Source: an uncultured virus (IMG/VR IMGVR_UViG_3300005683_000013) (Duplodnaviria > Heunggongvirae > Uroviricota > Caudoviricetes). From it: a DNA stretch of 64,000 nucleotides. The DNA lies in the IMG/VR virus record IMGVR_UViG_3300005683_000013. One strand, given 5' to 3'. The first letter of the stretch is position 1; every line of letters begins with the position of its first letter. A model generated the notes under the pieces. The model ran no database searches. It saw nothing but the letters and a program-made list of their open reading frames with translations, and had not been told where the DNA came from. A program made the position numbers and the translations under genes. This document shows, piece after piece, positions 29,483 to 38,696 of the stretch.

Positions 29483-29821
29483 ATGGTTATGGCAAAGGCA
29501 AGACCACTGTTCAAAGAACTCACTGTCTCAAACTGGAAATCAAGTTCACTCCCTAACGGAAAGATGAGATTTAACGGCGAAGTGCGATATGATGTGACAT
29601 ATCGCGTTTATTCAGAAACCAAGAAAATTGCTGCTGTAATCTGGAAAGAGGATCCGAACGACACAGATTTTGTGGCGAGTGTCATCATGCCAGATTCAAC
29701 AGAAGAAATAGTGTCACGAAAGAATTTTAATGGTAAACCTGGAGCAAAAGCTTGGTGTGATAGAAAATCACAATTGTTACTAACACCAATAATTGTTGGC
29801 ACTGGTGTAAACAACGCCTAA
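29483..29821 (+). CDS. hypothetical protein on opposite strand inside left array
   Basis: 112-aa ORF filling the gap in the array. Confidence 0.65.
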   Translation: MVMAKARPLFKELTVSNWKSSSLPNGKMRFNGEVRYDVTYRVYSETKKIAAVIWKEDPNDTDFVASVIMPDSTEEIVSRKNFNGKPGAKAWCDRKSQLLLTPIIVGTGVNNA

Positions 29822-30042
29822 TCACGTTTCAATTGATCAGCTGCTATGAACCCAATACCAAACTGAGTGAGACAACGACACAAACTCAAACTGTTGACAT
29901 TGAGCAATGGTAAACAGATGACAATTGCTCTGCCATCTAGATGTCCCCATCGAGTTGAGTCGCCGTGACAATCTGTTTTCCAGATATAAGTTCTCACTGC
30001 GACGTAAAGAAGATCACCAGGAACGAACGTTGATTCTTTCAT
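29818..30042 (-). CDS. SH3-like array protein
   Basis: PGDLL...CLTQFGIGFI. Confidence 0.8.
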   Translation of the reverse strand: MKESTFVPGDLLYVAVRTYIWKTDCHGDSTRWGHLDGRAIVICLPLLNVNSLSLCRCLTQFGIGFIAADQLKRD

Positions 30043-30296
30043 ACGTCACATAGGCCGGTGTGATAAACCCATCCGACTCCTCGAGCTGTGAGACATTTTA
30101 CGTACTCTGTGTCAATGTAATCATGTTCAGTCGCAATGATCAAAACACACTCAGTTTGGTCTTCTATTCTGTAAAGACTGTCATAAATAAACAACTCACC
30201 ATCCATCACGTAAGCTTCCCAAACAGTCGTGTTATACCCGAGTTGTAACAATCGACCATGTTGGAACGCGGGTTTTTGGCATGAAATCTTTGACAT
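30039..30296 (-). CDS. SH3-like array protein
   Basis: HGRLL...CLTARGVGWV; start uncertain. Confidence 0.75.
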   Translation of the reverse strand: MSKISCQKPAFQHGRLLQLGYNTTVWEAYVMDGELFIYDSLYRIEDQTECVLIIATEHDYIDTEYVKCLTARGVGWVYHTGLCDV

Positions 30297-30507
30297 CGAT
30301 CCATCCGATGCCATACTGAGTGATGCAGAGTTCATAGTTTTCATCATCGCCAAGAAATTTGTTCTGTTCAACAACTCGTTCACAAATTCCAAGTCTTATG
30401 ACGCAACCATGATTGGAATCATTCGATGATAACTTGCGAAACTGACCTTCGCCAATTGTTGCCCAGATCATCGTCATTGGCTCCAATTCGATAATCGCAC
30501 CTCTCAT
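30232..30507 (-). CDS. SH3-like array protein
   Basis: RGAII...CITQYGIGWI. Confidence 0.8.
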   Translation of the reverse strand: MRGAIIELEPMTMIWATIGEGQFRKLSSNDSNHGCVIRLGICERVVEQNKFLGDDENYELCITQYGIGWIDVKDFMPKTRVPTWSIVTTRV

Positions 30508-30743
30508 TTGTCTCGGCGCTCACGTTCCAACTGTTCAGAATTGATCCAACCAATACCACCTGACGTGAGCATTTTCATTTCAACAATCTCGAAATTCGTT
30601 TCAGTTTGACCCAAATAGATCAGTGCTGAATCAAACTTGGCTTTCCAACTGTTCTCCCAATATGGTCCTGGGGTGTCATAGATTGACACTGTGCTACGAA
30701 TGAAGAACAACGTGCCAGGAAGGACTGTCACTTTCGTTGACAT
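30504..30743 (-). CDS. SH3-like array protein
   Basis: PGTLF...MLTSGGIGWI. Confidence 0.8.
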   Translation of the reverse strand: MSTKVTVLPGTLFFIRSTVSIYDTPGPYWENSWKAKFDSALIYLGQTETNFEIVEMKMLTSGGIGWINSEQLERERRDK

Positions 30744-30761
30744 TGTGACGCTCCACGATTG

Positions 30762-31010
30762 TCACAGACATTTCATGTTATGAGACGGAATCCATCCAAT
30801 TCCTAATGGAGTTAACACCAAACACTGATCATAAAGAATCTTATTAACTGTTGTAACTTTGTGTTCTAAAAGAACTACGACTGTGTTGTTGGGCATCAAC
30901 TTCCTAGGAGACATGAGAACGCCGTGTTCCTCTGCCAACGTAACAGTGTTTATTGTTCGGTAAGTTGATACCGCACGAAATATTCGACCTGAAATGAACT
31001 TCTTGATCAT
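30762..31010 (-). CDS. SH3-like array protein
   Basis: SGRIF...VLTPLGIGWI. Confidence 0.8.
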   Translation of the reverse strand: MIKKFISGRIFRAVSTYRTINTVTLAEEHGVLMSPRKLMPNNTVVVLLEHKVTTVNKILYDQCLVLTPLGIGWIPSHNMKCL

Positions 31011-31201
31011 GTTTCGACCAAGTTTTCCTTGCGAACCCAGCCAATCCCAATCGATGTCAACACACAAAATTCTGATACGATCTCTTCATCGGAAATGACC
31101 AGAACGATATCGTTTGTGTTTAGATGATATTCTGTGGTGGCCCCTAATGAGTTTGGAGCCTCAGAATTAAGTAACGCCCGCTGGCAATGGTTCAACATCA
31201 A
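31007..31201 (-). CDS. SH3-like array protein (5' end may be frameshifted from ATG 31215)
   Basis: VLTSIGIGWV; close paralog of 31212..31418. Confidence 0.7.
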   Translation of the reverse strand: MMLNHCQRALLNSEAPNSLGATTEYHLNTNDIVLVISDEEIVSEFCVLTSIGIGWVRKENLVET

Positions 31202-31211
31202 TTGCCCTTGA

Positions 31212-31418
31212 TCATGTTTTGATCAAGTGTCCTAGATGGACCCAACCGACACCGATTGATGACAATACCAGAAACTCAGATTCAACTGGTTTGTTAGAAA
31301 CCACAACCACAATTTCACCACTGTTTATTTGACATTGCTCGTTATGTTTTGCTGTGAACGGTGGTTGAGAATTAAGTGACGCTCGAGAACCAACGATCAA
31401 CATCAATTGACCGAACAT
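31212..31418 (-). CDS. SH3-like array protein
   Basis: FGQLM...VLSSIGVGWV; GTGTAA-N17-TATCTT-6nt-ATG. Confidence 0.8.
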   Translation of the reverse strand: MFGQLMLIVGSRASLNSQPPFTAKHNEQCQINSGEIVVVVSNKPVESEFLVLSSIGVGWVHLGHLIKT

Positions 31419-31447
31419 GATATCAAGATACCACAAATAGAAAACAA

Positions 31448-31702
31448 TTACACATCGCTAGGTCGTTGCATCACCCTTTTAACGAGAGTGTTATCAACAA
31501 TCCACCCGACACCGTGTGCTGTCAACACATAAAGTTCATCGAGATGTTGTCCTGCAACCACCGATCTCCACGATGACAGGAAAATAACGACAGAAGACTT
31601 TTTAAAATTAGCGATCGATTTGTTGCACACACCAGAGCGTGGGAACAATGACATGCCAAGACGGCTTGTTCTCAACAAATCTCCAGCTCGATATTTTGTC
31701 AT
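31448..31702 (-). CDS. SH3-like array protein
   Basis: AGDLL...VLTAHGVGWI. Confidence 0.8.
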   Translation of the reverse strand: MTKYRAGDLLRTSRLGMSLFPRSGVCNKSIANFKKSSVVIFLSSWRSVVAGQHLDELYVLTAHGVGWIVDNTLVKRVMQRPSDV

Positions 31703-31935
31703 TCTATTATCCTAATTCGACTGAAATCAATCCATCCGATTCCCAGATGTGATATGACACAAAATTCCTGGATGCGTTTGTCTATTTCAACGACAAATAA
31801 AACATCACCAGCCTTCACGTATTGATTGTTGCGTCGAATCGTTAGACGCATACGATCATCATACAATCTCACAAATTCGCGGCCGGGCGTCAATAACGAT
31901 CCAACCTTAACGTCATCAAAGTATTCAATATTCAT
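31699..31935 (-). CDS. SH3-like array protein
   Basis: VGSLL...VISHLGIGWI. Confidence 0.8.
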   Translation of the reverse strand: MNIEYFDDVKVGSLLTPGREFVRLYDDRMRLTIRRNNQYVKAGDVLFVVEIDKRIQEFCVISHLGIGWIDFSRIRIIE

Positions 31936-32177
31936 TTGACGTCTTTTAAATCACGGTTATCAATCCATCCCACACCATGTTTGCTCAGTGTCAGCGTCAT
32001 AGTGCCGAGAGGGGCGGTATTACCTGGAACACTAATCCCAAGAATGATCGCCACGTCATTTTGTGTCAGATCACCAAACCACTCAACTCGCCTACTAACA
32101 ACACCGTCAATGTTGCCTTTCCAGACAGAAGAAACGTTAATGTATGGAGAAATAGAATTAAGGTCACCGACTTTCAT
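31932..32177 (-). CDS. SH3-like array protein
   Basis: VGDL...TLSKHGVGWI. Confidence 0.8.
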   Translation of the reverse strand: MKVGDLNSISPYINVSSVWKGNIDGVVSRRVEWFGDLTQNDVAIILGISVPGNTAPLGTMTLTLSKHGVGWIDNRDLKDVK

Positions 32178-32409
32178 TTTTTATCTTATCGACGTATTCA
32201 ATGTCAACCCACCCGCATCCCAATCGACTTAATATGAACACTTCTGTCCGGTTATCAGGACCAAAATAGTAATCAATGATAAGAATCTGCTCGCCGTCTT
32301 TGAGAAAACCGACCGTATGTTGACCACCTGCTCTGTTACGATGTGTGGCCCAACACATACATCCACAATCAACCTTGTCTACTATCGTGGATAAAACACC
32401 AGTCACCAT
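32164..32409 (-). CDS. SH3-like array protein
   Basis: ILSRLGCGWV. Confidence 0.8.
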   Translation of the reverse strand: MVTGVLSTIVDKVDCGCMCWATHRNRAGGQHTVGFLKDGEQILIIDYYFGPDNRTEVFILSRLGCGWVDIEYVDKIKNESR

Positions 32410-32654
32410 AGTTCAACCGTAAAACCACAATCATTTCCGCCGCGAATCCAACCATGACCATGAGCTGAAATGACGTGATACTCTTCGATTCGCAAACCTC
32501 TTGGCGAAAAACTAAGGTGAAAATCAGTGACAACGAGAAGCGCGTTCACTGGAAGTTTTGAGACAAGATCACCCATTGGAAAGGGACAAGACAGTAATTT
32601 AACAGGTGACCCGTCCTCTTTCGCTTCTGCTCTTAACAACATTCCTATTGTCAT
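32403..32654 (-). CDS. SH3-like array protein
   Basis: IGMLL...VKLLSCP...VISAHGHGWI. Confidence 0.8.
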   Translation of the reverse strand: MTIGMLLRAEAKEDGSPVKLLSCPFPMGDLVSKLPVNALLVVTDFHLSFSPRGLRIEEYHVISAHGHGWIRGGNDCGFTVELW

Positions 32655-32655
32655 C

Positions 32656-32901
32656 TTACGATCCTATGAATTCGTCAAACGTTTTCAACAATGTCAAACT
32701 ATCATGACGCAACCAACCAAGACCATATCGCGTCAACACACAGCAATGGTTGCTGGTGACAGGTGTGGAAATCAAGAGGGTGACTTCTTCTATTTTGATC
32801 CGTCGAAACCATGCACCAGATCGTTGAAAACCTTCCGTCGTTGGGTCAACAGAATACAACCTGACGTTGCTCTTTGCGACACGACAGAGTTGACCGATCA
32901 C
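32656..32901 (-). CDS. SH3-like array protein
   Basis: IGQLC...VLTRYGLGWL. Confidence 0.8.
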   Translation of the reverse strand: MIGQLCRVAKSNVRLYSVDPTTEGFQRSGAWFRRIKIEEVTLLISTPVTSNHCCVLTRYGLGWLRHDSLTLLKTFDEFIGS

Positions 32902-33125
32902 GATGTTCTCTTCTCTTTCAGTCGTTTAACAAGAATCCAACCAACGCCGTCACGTGACAACACATAGACCTCATCAGGACACAATGCGTCAAACCCAACA
33001 ACGATAACAATCTCGTCTGGATCGATAATCGCCGCGACCGATGATCTGATTGATTGGTGACTGATCCTATTTCCACGCCATAACGTTGTATTTTCAGTGA
33101 CATTCATCAGGTCGCCCCTGTTCAT
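32898..33125 (-). CDS. SH3-like array protein
   Basis: RGDLM...VLSRDGVGWI. Confidence 0.8.
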   Translation of the reverse strand: MNRGDLMNVTENTTLWRGNRISHQSIRSSVAAIIDPDEIVIVVGFDALCPDEVYVLSRDGVGWILVKRLKEKRTS

Positions 33126-33448
33126 GACACTTCCTCAACGTCCTGCTTTTTAATCCACCCGATCCCGGCGTGTGACAGGACAAAATATTCAACACGCTTG
33201 TATTTTTCGCCGTATTCAGTGGATGCCATTGCCAACACAACATCATGTTGCTTCATGTGTTTCACGTTTGCTTCTTCTGTTTCTTCAATAGTGTTGGGTG
33301 CCAGCAAGAACAGGAGAATTCCATCACATTTGACTTGGAACAACTCTCCGTTCATAGCTCGTTCAAATGTTTTTTCCATACAAAACCCACCCCGCGATGA
33401 AAACAGTGGAATCTTTGCTGCGTTGATATAACAAAGTTTTCCAATCAT
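33122..33448 (-). CDS. SH3-like array protein, fusion of a truncated and an intact member
   Basis: MIGKLC... then internal MNGELF (33355)...VLSHAGIGWI. Confidence 0.75.
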   Translation of the reverse strand: MIGKLCYINAAKIPLFSSRGGFCMEKTFERAMNGELFQVKCDGILLFLLAPNTIEETEEANVKHMKQHDVVLAMASTEYGEKYKRVEYFVLSHAGIGWIKKQDVEEVS

Positions 33449-33651
33449 AAGTCCTCTGTTGCCTCGCCCAGGACTCACCCACAACCCAGACCCGACATCA
33501 CATACGCCTCGTCCCAATCTGTGTCAAGGATTAACACCGTGTCATCGACTGACACTTTGCCTGTTAGAGCTCCACTTACTTCGTGTCCCGCTCTGTCATG
33601 ATAAATTGGAACGTTGTTCCACGACTTCACCCAGAACAACCTCCCAATCAC
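33445..33651 (-). pseudogene. SH3-like array member with TGA at conserved Trp
   Basis: VMSGLGCG*VLGEATEDL*; second stop overlaps next ATG. Confidence 0.75.
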
Positions 33652-33881
33652 TGATGATTTTTCAGATCGCTCCGGTGCATCCATCCTTCACCAAGTCGTG
33701 TTAACACATGACAACTGAAACTTGTTGTGTCTATCTCCGATTGTATCAGGATGACAACGTCACCACTGGACAACCAGAGTCGTGGTTCTATCGGTTTGAC
33801 AAGTTCACGATGTGACCTCACAACTCGAGCCCATCCCGACGTAATACGCAATAATGACCCTTTGCCTGCAAGACCGATCAT
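33648..33881 (-). CDS. SH3-like array protein
   Basis: KGSLL...VLTRLGEGWM. Confidence 0.8.
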   Translation of the reverse strand: MIGLAGKGSLLRITSGWARVVRSHRELVKPIEPRLWLSSGDVVILIQSEIDTTSFSCHVLTRLGEGWMHRSDLKNHQ

Positions 33882-34105
33882 GACGTTGTGATGTCCGAGA
33901 GGTGAACATAACCTTCACCAAGTCGACTGAGAACCCGACACCCGAACGGACCAGTGTATGCCGAGGACAACAACATGACAGTGTCACCCTTCTGGAGATG
34001 ACGACCTTTCCCGGTCGCCTGTCTGATAAGTGATAGAGTATTGTTGAAGAGAATGGGACGGGCGGAGACAATAACAACAATGCTTCCTGTGTCTAACTCT
34101 TCCAT
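33878..34105 (-). CDS. SH3-like array protein
   Basis: TGSIV...VLSRLGEGYV; ATGTAA-N17-TACTGT-7nt-ATG. Confidence 0.8.
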   Translation of the reverse strand: MEELDTGSIVVIVSARPILFNNTLSLIRQATGKGRHLQKGDTVMLLSSAYTGPFGCRVLSRLGEGYVHLSDITTS

Positions 34106-34118
34106 TGAGTTTACAGTA

Positions 34119-34334
34119 TCACGAAATCTCGTATTTTACATCAAACACCCACAACCACCCAACGCCATGTCGGGTTAGAACTTCATAATATTCGATATTT
34201 GATAGTCCAGTCTTTTTCCGCAGCACAACAGCAACTTCACCTCGACGCAAGTATTTGTGTTGAGGTGATTCCGTGCTGCCAGGAAATTGTTGATGAAGCA
34301 TCGAGAGGTCGACGTCAATGACAGACAAACCCAT
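34119..34334 (-). CDS. SH3-like array protein (first of left array)
   Basis: VLTRHGVGWL. Confidence 0.8.
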   Translation of the reverse strand: MGLSVIDVDLSMLHQQFPGSTESPQHKYLRRGEVAVVLRKKTGLSNIEYYEVLTRHGVGWLWVFDVKYEIS

Positions 34335-34341
34335 TTGATCT

Positions 34342-34370
34342 ATCATACCTCAATCCCGTCTCTTTTACAC
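34342..34370 (-). promoter_or_regulatory. promoter heading the left array
   Basis: GTGTAA-N17-TATGAT-7nt-ATG. Confidence 0.7.
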
Positions 34371-35257
34371 TGGATAATCAGTCTATAGACAAGGGGTCAG
34401 AGACAGAAGAAACGGTGACTCCGCCGTTAAAAACCACACAGAGTGTCACTGAGATGAATTGGCGGTCATCGAGCTTATAATGGTCTCCTCTCCCCGCTAG
34501 AAGAAGTCGACAGTTGACGCAAATTGGGTGTATGAACCTTCCAATCAGCCACGGTAAGATTGAACTGTCGACCATCATCAATCACGAACACCGGGGTTTA
34601 TCACAATGTCAAACTTTCATACACCACAACAACCAATTTGGGTCTACTTTTCCCGCCGGCAGAACTCTAAATTGTGACAATTGATCAACTTTTTGTCCCG
34701 CGCGTAAGGCACGCTCGCGGGCGACGACGCGCGATTGCGCGATCTTGTCATCACATTTTCACTCATTAATCGCGTGCCCGCGGGCGATTGCGCGCGACCT
34801 TTGCAAAGAACCGTTTTACATCACACTTGCATATCACCCACAGCGGCGAGCAAATTTAAAAAAGACTATACGTTGAGATTTACACCATCCCACACGACAA
34901 AACTCACATATCACACGAACACAAATTGTGAAAGTCCCAGGGAAGTTTCGTCACACAACTTTCAAATTTTTCTGATAAGAGTGACACACGTTGAAAACGG
35001 TCGGTGCACCCAATTTCGAACTGAATTTCTCGTGGGTTGACGAGGCTTTGTCGGATTATGACACTGACGGGACAGTCACATCCACCCTGAAGAGGACCGC
35101 ACTCACCGTTTGGTGTGGAAATGGTTGTTCTGTTCCCTGAGGTGTGATTGATAATTCTTTTATGACATATCACTGATTCAACTGTCAGATTCTTGAGAGA
35201 ATTTCTGAGGGCATCCTGAGTGAAAGATAGAAAAGTGCAAGGACAAAAAATCTTTCA

Positions 35258-35650
35258 ATGAAAAATACTGTGGAACGTTATACTTTTCTTTACATGAACG
35301 GACTGTTCGACAACATCAAAGCCAAAGCAACCCTATTGAATGATGCCATCCCAGACTTCTTTATAGACAAGGTGATGACACATCCTTTGTATCGACAACT
35401 CGCATGGATTGGCCTCGCTCCATTGTTTGTCCTCATCGTCAACATCATTGTCGGTGTCGGAATTCGGTCACCACTTCTCGCCGCGGCAATGGTTTACATG
35501 ATTCTCTGCAACGTTGTCTACCGGATTGGATGCAAGGTCGCAGTCGCACAACGTGACAAACAAACGTACGAGGAACTCAAGCTGATTGTCAACGCAATCA
35601 AGGAACGCCGTCGTCATAGTTTCAAGGGAGACGATGGATCTGTAAAATAA
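35258..35650 (+). CDS. putative two-TM membrane protein
   Basis: Two hydrophobic segments; only convincing ORF in the hub. Confidence 0.65.
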   Translation: MKNTVERYTFLYMNGLFDNIKAKATLLNDAIPDFFIDKVMTHPLYRQLAWIGLAPLFVLIVNIIVGVGIRSPLLAAAMVYMILCNVVYRIGCKVAVAQRDKQTYEELKLIVNAIKERRRHSFKGDDGSVK

Positions 35651-35914
35651 AAGTGTGTCATTGTGAATAATAATTGACAATAATTGATGTGAAGGGTAAG
35701 TAATGATATAGGATAGAACACAAGGATAACATAGCAGGAAGGGCCCGGCCATCGAGAATCTCTATCGATGGCATTAAAGGGCGGGGCAGGCCGGCGCAAA
35801 AGCCCCTTTTTTACATTCGGTAAATATCCCCACCATACCCGAAACACCGTCCATACCGATTCACCGCCCTTGCCACCGAATTCCTCACGATCCCTCTCTA
35901 TCCGCCGTCCATTC

Positions 35915-36204
35915 ACAGCGATAGGAAGTGAAACACTTCCGCCGAGGTGGTGCAACCCTGTGCACTGCCGTCAGCAACGGTTAACGGTCAGGATATAATC
36001 GAGGTCAGGATACAGTCCAGGTCGGGATGTATCCCGACCGTCTGACCGTTTGACCTCGAATTTGTCCCAACATGTGCAACCCTGTGACAGCGATAGGAAG
36101 TGAAACANNNNNNNNNNNNNNNNNNNNNNNNNNNNNNNNNNNNNNNNNNNNNNNNNNTTTCCTGAACTTCCACAGGATGTATCCAGACAGTCTGACCGTT
36201 TGAC
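35915..36204. repeat. interleaved direct repeats and hairpins around an assembly gap
   Basis: ACAGCGATAGGAAGTGAAACA at 35915 and 36087; GTGCAACCCTGTG at 35950 and 36074; GGATGTATCCnGACnGTCTGACCGTTTGAC at 36025 and 36175; Ns at 36108-36157. Confidence 0.75.
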
Positions 36205-36364
36205 TCTTCTAGAACGTTGTCTCCTCTGCGATCCTATCCTCTAGGACAGAGATGATGTGGAAGACGTTCTAGATTTTGCCCCTGCGCGAGTCTTTTTAAA
36301 AAATGCTAAGACAGGACTGAATCCTGTCTGTTATCGGAAATGATTTTGCATTTCCTTGAGCTCG

Positions 36365-36393
36365 GTGACCATTTGTCTTTTCGTTGATAGGAT
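36365..36393 (+). promoter_or_regulatory. promoter heading the right array
   Basis: GTGACC-N17-TAGGAT-6nt-ATG. Confidence 0.65.
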
Positions 36394-36399
36394 CGTATC

Positions 36400-36837
36400 A
36401 TGAAAGTTGTTTTCCTTGATATCGATGGTGTGTTGAATCATACCGACATGTTCTGTGTCCTGAACTCGTGTCGGAACGTTGACATGCTTGATGGAGAGGC
36501 GGTTCTGTTGTTGAATCGGTTTGTTGAGAGCGATGTCAAGTTTGTGCTGTCGTCTTCATGGCGGTGCGCGTTCAGTGTTGAGAGCGTCGAGGGTGACCTA
36601 AAAGAGAAGGGATTCAAGGGTGAGTTGATCGGGGCGACGCCGATCATGGGTGATGGTCATCGTGGTCGAGAGATCGAGACGTGGTTGTTGTTGCATCCCG
36701 AGGTGAGGGATTTTGTCATCTTTGATGATTGTTCTGGGATGGAACCGTTGATGCACCGTCTTGTCCAGACTGACGTTGACGTGGGATTGACTGAGGATCA
36801 TGTCGTTCTTGCCATGAAGTTGCTCGGTGTTGGGTGA
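36400..36837 (+). CDS. HAD phosphatase of the 'Swiss army knife' RNA-repair type
   Basis: FLDIDGVLN, LSSSWR, RGREIETWL, FVIFDD. Confidence 0.85.
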   Translation: MKVVFLDIDGVLNHTDMFCVLNSCRNVDMLDGEAVLLLNRFVESDVKFVLSSSWRCAFSVESVEGDLKEKGFKGELIGATPIMGDGHRGREIETWLLLHPEVRDFVIFDDCSGMEPLMHRLVQTDVDVGLTEDHVVLAMKLLGVG

Positions 36838-37025
36838 AGAAGTATGATGCTCTCGGGCAGCTCATAGAAACATGTGCTGACCATGATGGTCATAACCTCG
36901 GTCTGTGGAGAGTTGCGATTGTCATTCGTGACAGGCGCGACGGTCACCACCTCGATGTCTTGCTGTGGAACGGTCGAGTAACAGTTGTTCACATATCAAA
37001 CACATGGTTTGACAATGAGCTCTAG
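36834..37025 (+). CDS. SH3-like array protein (short subtype)
   Basis: GQLI...AIVI...DVLLWNG; paralog of 37481. Confidence 0.75.
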   Translation: MKKYDALGQLIETCADHDGHNLGLWRVAIVIRDRRDGHHLDVLLWNGRVTVVHISNTWFDNEL

Positions 37026-37212
37026 GGTGTATCGGATTGGTGAACTCGTGGAAACATGGTTCTCACCTCAACATATGGTCACCGGACGATGGGTCATCGC
37101 GATTATCGTTCGTGAGAGAAATAATGGGCACTGATTTGACGTGTTGCATCTTAGCGGTGTGAGCATAGCTTGGTCATGTAACGTAAAAGACGTCGGCGAG
37201 GAAAGAGATTGA
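37015..37212 (+). pseudogene. array member with in-frame TGA at 37132
   Basis: GH*FDVL aligns with GCWTDVL of 37868..38065. Confidence 0.8.
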
Positions 37213-37228
37213 GGCCGTTGTATCATCA

Positions 37229-37297
37229 ATGAGATCTAAACAGAACTATAAACCTGGTGACCTTGTGTCAATGTGGATCGGCGTCTTGTTTGATTGA
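37229..37297 (+). pseudogene. truncated array member
   Basis: NYKPGDLVSMW, as in 38085 NYKRGDLVTMW. Confidence 0.65.
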
Positions 37298-37316
37298 AAG
37301 TTAATTTTGTCCCTTC

Positions 37317-37484
37317 ATGATAAATCCCAAAGCAGGTAAACTTGTTGAAGCATGGATTTCATTTCAGATGGATCATCCAGTCGTCGCTTTGGTTGTTTAT
37401 GAACGTGGATTTTATCTCGATGTTTTGAGTGCTGATGGCAAGACGAGGGTTCATCATGCAAGCGTTAGGAAAATTGATCAATGA
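37317..37484 (+). CDS. SH3-like array protein (55 aa, below ORF-track cutoff)
   Basis: AGKLVEAW...DVLSADG. Confidence 0.75.
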   Translation: MINPKAGKLVEAWISFQMDHPVVALVVYERGFYLDVLSADGKTRVHHASVRKIDQ

Positions 37485-37663
37485 ATCAAATTGTCGGTGA
37501 ACTCGTTGAAGCATGGGCTAACTATGATACCGATAACATCGGTTTATGGAGACTTGCAATTGTCATTAGTGAGAGGCTCGAGGGATATTACGTCGATATC
37601 TTGCTTGCTAACGGACGAAAAACTGTTGTGCACCAAGCAAACATAAGAAGATTTGACCAATGA
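37481..37663 (+). CDS. SH3-like array protein
   Basis: VGELV...DILLANG. Confidence 0.8.
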   Translation: MNQIVGELVEAWANYDTDNIGLWRLAIVISERLEGYYVDILLANGRKTVVHQANIRRFDQ

Positions 37664-37878
37664 ATGCCGAAAATAACGTTGATTATAAACCTGGTGATCT
37701 CGTTACAACGTTGATGTCAGGGAGATACGGCGCTCGTAAGTTCTGTGTGGGCATCGTTGTGGGTCCATCGATGGGTGTGGCACGGTTACAGAGTGCTGGG
37801 TGGTTTAGTGTGTTGTGTGATGGTGAGCAGATCGTGTTTCATTGTGCAAACATAAGAAGATTTGATAATGAGTCCTAG
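37660..37878 (+). CDS. SH3-like array protein
   Basis: PGDLV...VLCDG. Confidence 0.8.
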   Translation: MNAENNVDYKPGDLVTTLMSGRYGARKFCVGIVVGPSMGVARLQSAGWFSVLCDGEQIVFHCANIRRFDNES

Positions 37879-38065
37879 AGTCTATCGAATAGGTGAACTC
37901 GTGGAAGCTTGGATCTTGCCTGAACAGATGGGTTACGGTCGTTGGGTCATCGCGATTATTGTTCGTGAGAGAAAACAAGGATGCTGGACTGACGTGTTGT
38001 ATCCAGGCGGAGTGAATACTGCTTGGGTAGGTAACGTAAAATGCGTCGGTGAGAAAAGAAACTGA
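37868..38065 (+). CDS. SH3-like array protein
   Basis: IGELV...DVLYPGG. Confidence 0.8.
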   Translation: MSPRVYRIGELVEAWILPEQMGYGRWVIAIIVRERKQGCWTDVLYPGGVNTAWVGNVKCVGEKRN

Positions 38066-38084
38066 GATTGTGGAATCAACACCA

Positions 38085-38330
38085 ATGAGCTCTATCAAAA
38101 ATTATAAACGTGGCGATCTTGTGACAATGTGGCGGTCACGACACGTAGCAGGAAAATTTGACAACACTAAAGTCATTGCGTTGATTGTTCACTACAAAGG
38201 AGATGAATATATTACTGACATCTTACACGAAGGTGGAGTGACCTCGGTATGGCGAGTGAACTTGAAAGACTTACAAGACAACGAAGCCATTAGCGCATTA
38301 TATCAAAATGCGAAAGTCAAAGACAGGTGA
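38085..38330 (+). CDS. SH3-like array protein
   Basis: RGDLV...DILHEGG. Confidence 0.8.
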   Translation: MSSIKNYKRGDLVTMWRSRHVAGKFDNTKVIALIVHYKGDEYITDILHEGGVTSVWRVNLKDLQDNEAISALYQNAKVKDR

Positions 38331-38509
38331 ATGATGACGTCTGAGAATAAACTTGTGGAGTTAGGAGATTATTAGCTGTCCCACCCAGCATCTGGGGAGA
38401 CTCCAACGTGGTGGCAATTGTCGTGCATATTCATGAGTATTTCTGGGTTGACGTCTTGTGTTGCACGGGCATAATGACAATTCATTTGGCGGAAACGTGT
38501 TTATTATAA
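38331..38509 (+). pseudogene. frameshifted array member
   Basis: LVELGD/LLAV...VAIVV...DVLCCTG; one base missing near 38369. Confidence 0.65.
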
Positions 38510-38531
38510 ACGTCATGATGACTGGTAAGCA

Positions 38532-38696
38532 ATGAGACTTGAAAGAGGAGATTTGATCTTGTTGATGACTCCCGCAGGCTGGACACCTGCGATTTATCTT
38601 GAGCACGAAAGTAAGAATTATTTTCCATGTCTCACTGAAAGAGGTTATAGGCTAATCTCAGTTGACGAACATGGGTTCATCGAGAAACTCTTATGA
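38532..38696 (+). CDS. SH3-like array protein (54 aa)
   Basis: RGDLI...CLTERG. Confidence 0.75.
   Translation: MRLERGDLILLMTPAGWTPAIYLEHESKNYFPCLTERGYRLISVDEHGFIEKLL

Larger units (their letters stand above)
28952..34334 (-). other. left array of ~21 small SH3-like paralogs
   Basis: Tandem, mostly overlapping ORFs sharing VL[TS]xxGxG[WY][IV]. Confidence 0.9.

Noticed and set aside
34378..35173. Short ORFs in the central hub
   Set aside because: No motifs or clear expression signals, and they overlap repeats; treated as non-coding.
35915..36204. CRISPR array
   Set aside because: Repeats occur only in pairs, are interleaved, and lack regular unique spacers; no cas genes.
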